This document shows, one piece after another, positions 7,427 to 15,814 of a stretch of 64,000 nt of DNA. The position numbers and the translations under genes are program-made. Each line of letters starts with the position of its first letter. Position 1 is the first letter of the stretch. The notes below the pieces were generated by a model, which was not told where the DNA came from, did no database searches, and saw nothing but the letters and a program-made list of their open reading frames with translations. The stretch is taken from NCBI GenBank assembly GCA_963716175.1, contig OY970296.1, forward strand, positions 4,192,001 through 4,256,000. Direction: 5' to 3'. The stretch comes from an uncultured Armatimonadetes bacterium (GTDB lineage Bacteria; Armatimonadota; Hebobacteria; Hebobacterales; Hebobacteraceae).

Positions 7427-10423
7427 GTGAGAGTCGAGACCATCAAGCAGGTTTTCCGAAACCCAGGGAGCGAATGGCGGGGCGCGCCGTTCTGGTCCTG
7501 GAACGACGACCTGGACCCGGCGGAGCTGCGCTGGCAAGTGCAGGAGATGAAGCGGGGCGGGCTGGGCGGCTTCTTCATGCACAACCGCATCGGGCTGGTG
7601 ACTCCGTTCATGGGGGAGCGGTGGATGGAGTGCACCGCCGCCACCGTGGACGAGGCGCGCAAGCAGAAGATGCAGGCCTGGCTCTACGACGAGGACCGCT
7701 GGCCGAGCGGGTTCGGCGGGGGGCTGGTGGTGAAGCGGAACGCGGAGTTCGGGTCCAAGTACCTGGCGCTCGCCAGGCCGCAGGCTGGGAGCCTGGGCTA
7801 CCGGTTTGCGGTGCGACGGGAGAAGGGCCAGGTCTGCTCCTACCGGAGGCTGGGGGCGGCCGAGGAGCCGGGGCCGGGAGAGGAGCTGCAGCAGTTCCAG
7901 GTGGCGACCGCGTCGCCCACAGGCTGGTTCAACGACGGGCCCTATGCGGACAACATGAACCCGGAGTCAGTGAAGGCGTTCATCGAGATCTGCTACGAGC
8001 CCTACCGGAAGCGCTTCTCCAAGGAGTTCGGCAAGACCATCCCGGGGATCTTCACGGATGAGCCCAACATCTCGAGTGGGGCCGGCGGCGAGCACGTGCC
8101 CTGGACCGGCCGCCTGCCGGAGGAGTTCCAGCGCCGCCGCGGCTACGAGCTGATGGAGCGCCTGCCGGAGCTGTTCTCCGGGCACCCGGCGTTCTTCCAG
8201 ACCAGGCACGATTTCTGGCGGACGGTCACGGAGCTGTTCGCGGAGGCCTACTGCCAGCAGCTCGGCGAGTGGTGCGAGCGGAACAAGCTGGAACTGACCG
8301 GTCACATGCTGTGCGAGCAGGAGTTCGAGCAGGAGATCCCGGTGGGCGGGGCGGCGATGCCCAGCCTGGAGTACATGCAGCGGCCGGGCATTGACATCCT
8401 CACCCAGCAGACGCGGGAGACGCTCACCTGCAAGCAGGCATCGAGCGCGGCCCACCAGATGGGGCGGGGCCGCACTTTGAGCGAGACCTACGGCACCTCC
8501 GGCTGGCAGATGAGCTTCGAGGCGCAGAAGTGGTCGGGCGATTGGCAGACCGTGCTGGGGATCAGCACCCGGTGCCAGCACCTCACCCCCTATTCCCTCC
8601 GCGGCATGAGGAAGCGGGACTACCCGCCGACCTTCTTCTACCACCAGCCCTGGTGGCCGTACTTCCCGGTGGTCGAGGACTACTTCGCGCGGGCTTGCTT
8701 CTTCACGTCGGTGGGTGAACCGGTGCGGGAGGTGCTGCTCCTGCACAATATCGCGACGGCCTGGGGAGATGCGCCCGATGCCGCCACCCGCGGGCGGCAC
8801 GGCGAGCACCTGAACCAACTGGCGGAGGGTTTGTTGGCCCTGCACTACGATTTCGACCTGGGTGACGAGATCATGATGGCGCGGCATGGGTCGGTGAAAG
8901 GCCGCCAGCTCGTGGTCGGCGAGGCGGCCTACAGGCTGGTGGTGATCCCGGAGAGTGAGAGCATCTTCGCCACCACCGCGGAGCTGCTGCGCCGCTTCCT
9001 GGCGGCAGGCGGGAAGGTGATCGCGATGCGACGCCGGCCCACGCGGATCGAGGGCAAGCCCGCGCCAGAGCTGGACCAGCTGTTCGCCCATGAAGGGGTG
9101 ATCCAGATCACGCCCGCGCGGGAGGAGCTGGAGGATGCCCTGCGCGCGTCTCTGCCTCGCCGGGTCTCGATCACGGCGGAGGCGGGGCGAGAGGTGGGGG
9201 CGGTGATCCACCAAGAGCGCAGGCATCAGGGCCGCAGCTACCTCATGCTGGCCAATCGCGATCGCGAGGCCGGCTACCGGCTGACGGTGGAGCTGACCGG
9301 CGAAGGCGGCGTGGAGCAATGGGACCTGGAGACAGGCAAGACGGCGGCGATCCCGGCCCGCGCGGCCGGAGGCAAGACGGTAGTGGAGCTGGAGCTGCCG
9401 CCCACCGGGTCCGCGGCCTTAGTGCTGGATGCAAAGAGGAGGCCGCTGAGGGGCCGGCGCAAGCAGCCGGAGGTGGTCAAGGAGATCGCCCTCGGGGAGC
9501 AGTGGCAAGTGCGCCGCTCCCGCGAGAACAGCCTGATGCTGGATCGGTGCCAGTGGCGCTTTGCCGGCGGGGCCTGGTCTGATTGGATGCCGGTGTGGGT
9601 GGCACAGAAGCAGCTCCGGCAACAGATGGGGTTGATTGACATCTCCCACTCCGGGATCGCTCAGCCCTGGGTGCGATACGCCAGACCGAGTCGGGTGCCG
9701 CCGCGCCGGGTGGAGCTGCGGGCCACGTTCCGCGTGGACAAGCTGCCGGCCGCGGGCATTGATCTGGTGCTGGAATCGGCGGAGCTGTTCGCGATCTCGG
9801 TCAACGGGAAGGCGGTCGCGGGCAAGGCGAAGGGATGGTGGCTCGAGAAGAGCATGGACCGCGTCGGCCTGGCGAAGGTGCGGCGAGGCGAGAACGAGCT
9901 GGTGCTGGCCTGCGACTATCGGGACGCGCCGCAGTACGAGCTGGAGGAGTGCTATCTGATCGGCGATTTCGGCGTGGACCGGAAAACGGATGCCATCGTG
10001 GCCGAGCCGGCCTCGCTGCGCCTCGGGGACTGGTGTGACCAGGGCTATCCCTACTATGCCGGGAACCTGTGCTACGGGCAGCAAGTGAACCTGCGGCTGA
10101 AAGCTGGCGAGCGAGCGATGGTGAAGGTGGGACGGCACTTCGGGACTTGCGTGGCGTTTCATGTCAACGGCCGGCTGGCGAGCGTCCGGGGTTGGGCGCC
10201 CTATGAAGCTGACATCACCCCGTGGGTGAAGCCGGGGCGCAACGAGATCGAGGTGGAGGTCTGCGGCAGCCCGCGGAATCTGCTGGGCCCGAACCATTTG
10301 CCGGAGCGGCGCCCGGGGTGGACGGGGCCGGGCGAGTTCATCCGCCTGGAGGACTGGGTGCTGGCGCGCAACCTGGTCCCCTACGGGCTCTTCGGCGAGG
10401 TAACGCTAGAGATCAGGAAGTGA
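7427..10423 (+). CDS. glycoside hydrolase, GH106 (alpha-L-rhamnosidase)-like
   Basis: PFWSWN, GGFFMH, WLYDEDRWPSGFGGG, GIFTDEP, SETYG and RKRDYPP motifs; 998 aa. Confidence 0.85.
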   Translation: MRVETIKQVFRNPGSEWRGAPFWSWNDDLDPAELRWQVQEMKRGGLGGFFMHNRIGLVTPFMGERWMECTAATVDEARKQKMQAWLYDEDRWPSGFGGGLVVKRNAEFGSKYLALARPQAGSLGYRFAVRREKGQVCSYRRLGAAEEPGPGEELQQFQVATASPTGWFNDGPYADNMNPESVKAFIEICYEPYRKRFSKEFGKTIPGIFTDEPNISSGAGGEHVPWTGRLPEEFQRRRGYELMERLPELFSGHPAFFQTRHDFWRTVTELFAEAYCQQLGEWCERNKLELTGHMLCEQEFEQEIPVGGAAMPSLEYMQRPGIDILTQQTRETLTCKQASSAAHQMGRGRTLSETYGTSGWQMSFEAQKWSGDWQTVLGISTRCQHLTPYSLRGMRKRDYPPTFFYHQPWWPYFPVVEDYFARACFFTSVGEPVREVLLLHNIATAWGDAPDAATRGRHGEHLNQLAEGLLALHYDFDLGDEIMMARHGSVKGRQLVVGEAAYRLVVIPESESIFATTAELLRRFLAAGGKVIAMRRRPTRIEGKPAPELDQLFAHEGVIQITPAREELEDALRASLPRRVSITAEAGREVGAVIHQERRHQGRSYLMLANRDREAGYRLTVELTGEGGVEQWDLETGKTAAIPARAAGGKTVVELELPPTGSAALVLDAKRRPLRGRRKQPEVVKEIALGEQWQVRRSRENSLMLDRCQWRFAGGAWSDWMPVWVAQKQLRQQMGLIDISHSGIAQPWVRYARPSRVPPRRVELRATFRVDKLPAAGIDLVLESAELFAISVNGKAVAGKAKGWWLEKSMDRVGLAKVRRGENELVLACDYRDAPQYELEECYLIGDFGVDRKTDAIVAEPASLRLGDWCDQGYPYYAGNLCYGQQVNLRLKAGERAMVKVGRHFGTCVAFHVNGRLASVRGWAPYEADITPWVKPGRNEIEVEVCGSPRNLLGPNHLPERRPGWTGPGEFIRLEDWVLARNLVPYGLFGEVTLEIRK

Positions 10424-10462
10424 CGGCGGCATGCTCGCAGCGATAACGGGAATGAGTCGAGC

Positions 10463-11896
10463 ATGGCAGTGAGACCGCTACTGCTGGCGCCACCGCGCAT
10501 TCTCACCGACGCTGAACTCGAGAGGATCCACGAGGCGGCGGTTCGCATTCTCACAGAGCTGGGGCTGCGCGTCTACCACGAGGAGGCGCGCCAGCTTTGC
10601 CTGCGCGCCGGGATGCGAGTGGAAGGCGAGCGAGTCTTCCCCGACAAGCAGCGCATCGAGGAGCTGCTGGCGCGGACTCGGCGGGGATGGGAGGAGGAAG
10701 CGGCAGGCCCTTCGACTTCGCTCAGCCCAGGCCCGGAGCCACGGCTTACCCTCAGCGTCCCGATGTACTGTGAGTTCGTGCATGACCTGGAGACGGACGA
10801 GGTGGTCCCTTTCACCCGGGAACGGCTGATCGAGACCACCAAGTTCGTGGACACCATGGCCGGCCGGGGTGTCACGGGAGCCGCCCCCGGGATCCCTCAG
10901 GAGGTGCCGCCGGCACTGCACCGGCTGGAGCAGTACCGGATCGGGGCCCGCTACTCACGCCACGGTCGAAGGCCGGTGATGGAGGAGCTGTCGCCGCGGG
11001 CTTTCCCTTACTTGATGGACATGGCGGAGGTGCTGGGCCACCCCGTCCGCGGCCACGTGATCTATGTGATCAGCCCGCTCGCCCTCAGCCGGGAGTCACT
11101 GGAGGGGCTGACGGCCATTCTGCCGCGGCTGGAAAGCGTTTCGGTCTCCAACATGCTCTCGGTAGGCGGCACTGCGCCGGTCAGGCTGCCCCAGGCCCTG
11201 GCACTGGCGGCGGCGGAGGCGATGGGCGCCAGCATAGTGGTGGCCGCGTTCTCCGGGCTGCCGGTGGATTGGGGCGTGCGAGTCTGTCCCTTCGACCCGC
11301 GCACCATGGCCATGAGCCTGGGCTCGCCGGAGGAACTGCTGTTCCAGCGCGCCTCGGATGAGGTGACAACCTGGTACCACGGCTGGGATCCGGGGCCGCC
11401 CAGCGGCATGATCCACAGCCAGGCGAAGCTGCCCGACGCCCAGGCGGCAGCGGAGCGGATGTGCCAGATGACTATGGCCGCGCTGTGCGGGGCCCGCGAT
11501 TTCTACGGCGGCGGAGCGCTGTCACTGGACGAAGTGTTCAGCGCTGAGCAGTTGATCATTGACTGCGAGATCCGGGACCACTTGCAGCGCCTGGTGCGGG
11601 GGACGGAGACGGAGTGCGACCCGGAGGCCTGCCTCGCGGAGGTGGCGGCCGGCCTGGAGGGCGGCTTCCTCGGGCTGGAGAGCACCGCCTCCCGCTATCG
11701 TCAGATCTACTGGCTGCCGGCGCTGTTCGAGCGGCGGCGCTTCACCGGCTGGCAGGAGGCAGGCAGGCCGCGCTTGGGCGATCGGGCAAAGGAGATGGTG
11801 CGGGAGCAGCTCAAGCAGCACGACTACGAGCTGGCGCCCGAGCTGTGGAGGGAGCTGGACAGGATCTATGCGCGGGCGGAGCGGGAGCTGGTGTAG
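10463..11896 (+). CDS. trimethylamine methyltransferase (MttB) superfamily protein, non-pyrrolysine
   Basis: ERIHEAAVRILTELG N-terminus, ISPL, GSPE, KLPDAQAAAE and EQLIIDCE motifs; no in-frame TAG. Confidence 0.8.
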   Translation: MAVRPLLLAPPRILTDAELERIHEAAVRILTELGLRVYHEEARQLCLRAGMRVEGERVFPDKQRIEELLARTRRGWEEEAAGPSTSLSPGPEPRLTLSVPMYCEFVHDLETDEVVPFTRERLIETTKFVDTMAGRGVTGAAPGIPQEVPPALHRLEQYRIGARYSRHGRRPVMEELSPRAFPYLMDMAEVLGHPVRGHVIYVISPLALSRESLEGLTAILPRLESVSVSNMLSVGGTAPVRLPQALALAAAEAMGASIVVAAFSGLPVDWGVRVCPFDPRTMAMSLGSPEELLFQRASDEVTTWYHGWDPGPPSGMIHSQAKLPDAQAAAERMCQMTMAALCGARDFYGGGALSLDEVFSAEQLIIDCEIRDHLQRLVRGTETECDPEACLAEVAAGLEGGFLGLESTASRYRQIYWLPALFERRRFTGWQEAGRPRLGDRAKEMVREQLKQHDYELAPELWRELDRIYARAERELV

Positions 11897-12034
11897 GGCG
11901 CGGCCTCCTGACCGCGCCTGGCGGGGTTCCTAGGCCTGGGGAGGCCGGGATGGCGGCTCGAAGGGCCTAGCCATCGGGGGACCCCGCCCTACTGACGACG
12001 GCCGGCGGGCCCCTCGGCTCCGCTCGGGGTGAAC
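11893..12034. repeat. Cluster of REP-like palindromes with nested modules
   Basis: GTAGGGCGCGG..CCGCGCC; GGCGGGGT[CCTAGG...CTAGCCA]ACCCCGCCCTAC; CCCTCGGCTCCGCTCGGGG at 12011-12029. Confidence 0.7.
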
Positions 12035-12101
12035 TGCGGCACGCCGTCCTAGAGACCGCCGTTTTCGCCCGGAGGACCGGGCTCCCACACCGCGGCTCCC
12101 A

Positions 12102-14018
12102 TCAGGATGAGGGCGGCTGGAGCTCCGGTCCCAGGTGAGCCAGGAACTGCTCGACGGGCTGGGAGCCGATGTCTCCCTGGCCGCGCTGGCGAACCGCGAC
12201 CGCACCGGCATTCTGCTCGCGATCCCCTACCACCAGCAGATAGGGAATCTTCTCCATCTCGCCATCTCTGATCTTGGCGCCCGTGGTGGCCTTGCGGTCG
12301 TCCACTTCGACGCGCACTCCGGCTTCGCCTAGCCGAGCCACCACCTGCCGGGCGTAGTCGTGATGGCGGTCGGCGATGGGCAGCAGGCGCACCTGCACCG
12401 GGGCCAGCCAGGTAGGGAAGGCGCCGGCGGTGTGCTCGATGAGGACGCCCAGGAATCGCTCCATCGAACCGAGGACGGTGCGGTGGATCATGAGGGGCGT
12501 GTGGCGCTGCCCATCGGGGGCCATGTACTCCATGTGGAAGCGGCTGGTGAGGTTGAAGTCGAACTGGATGGTGGGGCCTTGCGCCAGCCGGCCCATCGAG
12601 TCCCTCAGCTTGATGTCTATCTTGGGGCCGTAGAAGATGGCCTCGCCAGGGGCTCGTTTGTACTTGAGCCCGCGGCTTTCAATGGCCTCCAGCAGGGAAC
12701 GCTCGGCCAGCTCCCAGTCCTGATCCGACCCCATGTACTTGTCGCGGTCTGCGTCTCCGCGCACGCTCAGGTCCACCTCGAACTCCTGAAAGCCGAACGC
12801 CCTGAGCATGAACAGCGCGAAGTCGAGCACCTGCTTCACTTCCTCGCCGATCTGGTCCGGGGTGCAGATCAGGTGTGCGTCATCCTGGGTGAACCCGCGG
12901 ACGCGAATCAGGCCGTGGAGCACCCCCGACCGCTCGTAGCGGTAGACCGTGCCCAGCTCGCAGTAGCGGATCGGCAGCTCGCGATAGCTGCGCACCCGGC
13001 TCTTGTAGATGAGCACGTGGAAGGGGCAGTTCATGGGCTTGAGGCGATATTCGTCCTCCTCGATCATAATGGGGCCGTACATGCCCTCCCGGTAGAAGCT
13101 GAGGTGGCCGCTGGTCTCCCAGAGATGGGCGCGGGCGATGTGGGGGCTGAACACGAGCTGGTAGCCGCGCTTGGCGTGCTCTCGGTGCCAGAACTCCTCG
13201 ATCAGGTGGCGGATCAGCGCGCCCTTGGGATGCCAGAGCACGAGGCCGCCGCCCAGCGCCTCCGGCACGGAGAACAGATCCAGCTCCCGGCCCAGGCGGC
13301 GGTGATCGCGCCTTTCGGCCTCCTCCCGGAGCCGGAGGAACTCGTCGAGCTGGGCCTGGGTGGGGAAGGCGGTGCCGTAGATGCGCTGGAGCATGGGGTT
13401 GTGCTCGTCACCGCGCCAATAGGCGCCGGCTACGCTCAGCAGCTTGAAGGCCTTCAGCCGGCCGGTGGAAGGGAGATGAGGGCCGCGGCAGAGGTCGAGG
13501 AACCCGCCCTGGGAGTAAACTGACACCTGCTGGTCGGGCATATCCTCGAGCAGGGCGAGCTTGTACTTCTCATTGCGGGCGCGGAAGATGGCGATGGCCT
13601 CAGAGCGCGATAGCTCCTGCCGCTGAAGCGGGAGGTCGTCGGCGATGATCTCCTGCATGCGGGCCTCGATGCGCGCCAGGTCCTCGGGCTGAAATGCGGT
13701 GTGGGTATCGAAGTCATAGTAATAGCCGTCCTCGATGGCGGGGCCGATGGCGAGGCGGGCGTCGGGGAAGAGCGCTTGCACGGCCTGGGCCATGATGTGA
13801 GAGGCGGTGTGACGGTAGACCTCCCGCCCGGCCTCGTCCGCGAAGGTGAGGATTTCCACGCGGTCAGCCTCGGGCAGCGGCGCGGTGAGGTCGAGGAGCT
13901 GGCCGTCCGCCCGGGCCGCCACCGCGTCGGCCGCCAGGTCTGCGTGATAGCGCTGGAGCCAGTTGTGGAGACTGGCGGCCTCACGCTCCTTTGGCTTCAC
14001 CTCAACTATGTGGCCCAT
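12102..14018 (-). CDS. thrS: threonine--tRNA ligase
   Basis: RHTASH, GPAIEDGYYYDF, DLCRGPH, KPMNCPFH, YRYERSG, RVRGFTQDDAH, FYGPKID and IHR motifs. Confidence 0.98.
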   Translation of the reverse strand: MGHIVEVKPKEREAASLHNWLQRYHADLAADAVAARADGQLLDLTAPLPEADRVEILTFADEAGREVYRHTASHIMAQAVQALFPDARLAIGPAIEDGYYYDFDTHTAFQPEDLARIEARMQEIIADDLPLQRQELSRSEAIAIFRARNEKYKLALLEDMPDQQVSVYSQGGFLDLCRGPHLPSTGRLKAFKLLSVAGAYWRGDEHNPMLQRIYGTAFPTQAQLDEFLRLREEAERRDHRRLGRELDLFSVPEALGGGLVLWHPKGALIRHLIEEFWHREHAKRGYQLVFSPHIARAHLWETSGHLSFYREGMYGPIMIEEDEYRLKPMNCPFHVLIYKSRVRSYRELPIRYCELGTVYRYERSGVLHGLIRVRGFTQDDAHLICTPDQIGEEVKQVLDFALFMLRAFGFQEFEVDLSVRGDADRDKYMGSDQDWELAERSLLEAIESRGLKYKRAPGEAIFYGPKIDIKLRDSMGRLAQGPTIQFDFNLTSRFHMEYMAPDGQRHTPLMIHRTVLGSMERFLGVLIEHTAGAFPTWLAPVQVRLLPIADRHHDYARQVVARLGEAGVRVEVDDRKATTGAKIRDGEMEKIPYLLVVGDREQNAGAVAVRQRGQGDIGSQPVEQFLAHLGPELQPPSS

Positions 14019-14045
14019 GATTCACCTCTTTCCGTACGGTCATGG

Positions 14046-14084
14046 AAAAGCAAAACGCCCCCCGGAGCCAGCGACCGGGAGGCG
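14046..14084 (-). terminator. intrinsic terminator of the thrS attenuator
   Basis: Minus strand CGCCTCCCGG-TCGCTGGCT-CCGGGGGGCG followed by TTTTGCTTTT. Confidence 0.85.
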
Positions 14085-14113
14085 GAGACGTGCAGGAGCG
14101 CTCCCGGAACGGG

Positions 14114-14161
14114 CTAGGTAGTAGTGCCAGTGGTCGTCGTGCCGGCAAGTCTGGCGCTCAT
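14114..14161 (-). CDS. Thr-rich leader peptide MSARLAGTTTTGTTT (attenuator of thrS)
   Basis: ATG AGC GCC AGA CTT GCC GGC ACG ACG ACC ACT GGC ACT ACT ACC TAG; GGAG SD upstream; 7 of the last 8 codons are Thr. Confidence 0.88.
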   Translation of the reverse strand: MSARLAGTTTTGTTT

Positions 14162-14184
14162 CGTTCTCCGTGTATGCAGACTTC

Positions 14185-14261
14185 TGGTGGGCGGTAGTGG
14201 ACTTGAACCACTGACCACCTGCATGTCAAGCAGGTACTCTAACCAACTGAGCTAACCGCCC
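14185..14261 (-). tRNA. tRNA-Val(GAC)
   Basis: GGGCGGTTAGCTCAGTTGGTTAGAGTA-CCTGC-TTGACAT-GCAGG-TGGTC-AGTGG-TTCAAGT-CCACT-ACCGCCC-ACCA; 77 nt with encoded CCA. Confidence 0.97.
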
Positions 14262-14329
14262 ACGCCCGCCGTCTGCGGCGTTCCTTCGGAGCCGCCGCAT
14301 GGCTGAGCTAACCGCCCTTATGCAACCGG

Positions 14330-14358
14330 ATTATAGCAACGTGGGGCGGGGTTGTAAA
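14330..14358 (-). promoter_or_regulatory. sigma70-type promoter for tRNA-Val-leader-thrS
   Basis: TTTACA-17 nt-TATAAT with extended -10 TG on the minus strand. Confidence 0.75.
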
Positions 14359-14380
14359 TGCAGCAGCGGCCACAGGCTGC

Positions 14381-14411
14381 GGCGGGCATGCGGAGACATG
14401 CCCGCCCTACA
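14381..14411. repeat. GTAG-REP palindrome family B (GGCGGGCATG...CATGCCCGCCCTAC)
   Basis: Related copies at about 19211-19242, 21138-21183, 26481-26534 and 56573-56622. Confidence 0.75.
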
Positions 14412-14417
14412 GAACGG

Positions 14418-15620
14418 CTAGGCCAGCCGGGTGTGCGCTTTTTGCATTCGCTCGCGCACGCGCACGCTCCAGGGGCAGACGGCGCTACATCCGGGGCAGC
14501 TCGCGCAGGCCGCGGCGGAGGTCCCCGGAGGGAGGCGGCGGTAGAGGGAGACGGCGCGAGCGCGGTGGCCGTAGCCGTCGTGGTAGAGCAGGTAGCGCAT
14601 GATGTCCGCCACCTTCACCCCGGCCGGGCACTGGCCGGCGCAGTCGCCGCAGAGACGGCAGAGGCCGGATGAGACGCTGGCAACGGCTTTCTCGAAGGCC
14701 TCCAGGTCCGTGTCGCTCGGGGTGTGGGAGGCCGCGGCGATGTCCTCCTCCAGCTCGTCGAAGCTGGGCATCTCGACCATCACGGCCGAGACATGGGCGT
14801 GCTTGAGCACCCACTGGATTGCCCGCTGGTAGGGATTACCGGGGAAGTCCTGGAGGCGGTGCGACTCCTTCGCGGCGTGCACGGGCTGGAGCGATTTCAT
14901 GGTGGCCACGGCGACACCGGCGGCGTGCGCCTCTTCCAGCAAGGGCCCGACCCGGTCGGCGGTCAGGATATTGTAGGGCACCAGCATGGCATCGAAGCGG
15001 CCAGTGTGGACCGCCGCGCGCATCAACTCGACCTGGTTCTCGTGCAGGCTGAGCCCGTTGAAGCGAACCTTGCCGGCCTGGCGGGCCTTGGCGAAAGCCT
15101 CCCACACCTCGTCGCTGTTGACCTGGGCCAGGCTGTCCGGCTGGTGAATCTGGATCAGCTCGACATGGTCCGTCCCCAGCCGGTTCAGGCTGCCGTCGAG
15201 TGAGGCGAGCAGTTCCGCGGCGGGGGTGTGCCCATCGGTGTGCCACTTGGTGGCCAGGATCGCCTGCTCGCGCCGAGCTCGCAGCGCCTTGCCCAGGAGG
15301 ATCTCACTGTTGCCCTCCTCGTAGCACTGGCAGGTGTCGAAGTAGTTCACCCCGAGGTCGAAGGCGCGCTGGATCACGGCCACGGTCAGGGCGATGGAGG
15401 TACCCATACCGAGCTGGGATACCTCGAGGCCGGTGCGGCCCAAGGGTCGGCGCTTGAGGGTGGCCTGGTCCGTTGGGCAGGACCTTGCCTCCTGCCCAGC
15501 TTTCGCGGCGGTGTGCGAGGTGCGAAGGCCGAGGCCCAGGCCGGCCGCGCCGACGGCCGCGGCCGCGCGGCGGAGGAAGTCGCGGCGGCTCAGGTTACGT
15601 TCATGCTGGTGGTGAGCCAA
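14418..15620 (-). CDS. Tat-exported aldo/keto reductase with C-terminal 4Fe-4S dicluster domain
   Basis: SRRDFL twin-arginine signal; GVNYFDT; CRLCGDCAGQCP and CASCPGCSAVCP motifs. Confidence 0.9.
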   Translation of the reverse strand: MAHHQHERNLSRRDFLRRAAAAVGAAGLGLGLRTSHTAAKAGQEARSCPTDQATLKRRPLGRTGLEVSQLGMGTSIALTVAVIQRAFDLGVNYFDTCQCYEEGNSEILLGKALRARREQAILATKWHTDGHTPAAELLASLDGSLNRLGTDHVELIQIHQPDSLAQVNSDEVWEAFAKARQAGKVRFNGLSLHENQVELMRAAVHTGRFDAMLVPYNILTADRVGPLLEEAHAAGVAVATMKSLQPVHAAKESHRLQDFPGNPYQRAIQWVLKHAHVSAVMVEMPSFDELEEDIAAASHTPSDTDLEAFEKAVASVSSGLCRLCGDCAGQCPAGVKVADIMRYLLYHDGYGHRARAVSLYRRLPPGTSAAACASCPGCSAVCPWSVRVRERMQKAHTRLA

Positions 15621-15814
15621 TGCGGTCTCTCCATAAGGAAGGGCCTGTGTTCGCAGCGGGGAAGCTTGCCTCCTGCCAGCAAGAGTGTTATCCTCGGCAC
15701 GGGGACGAGCGACGGGGGTGAAGAGGACCGCGCGGGAGGGCCGTCGAATGTGGTTTGCTTCGCAAAGGACAGCAGGCGAGAGGCGGAGATAGCAGGGTGG
15801 AGGTGGAGACGACG

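Noticed and set aside
10463-11896. Pyrrolysine recoding in the MttB-like gene
   Set aside because: No internal TAG; the ORF is full length; no pyl genes in the window.
14019-14184. T-box riboswitch upstream of thrS
   Set aside because: Region is short, no T-box GGTGGnACC motif was seen, and the leader peptide explains the terminator.
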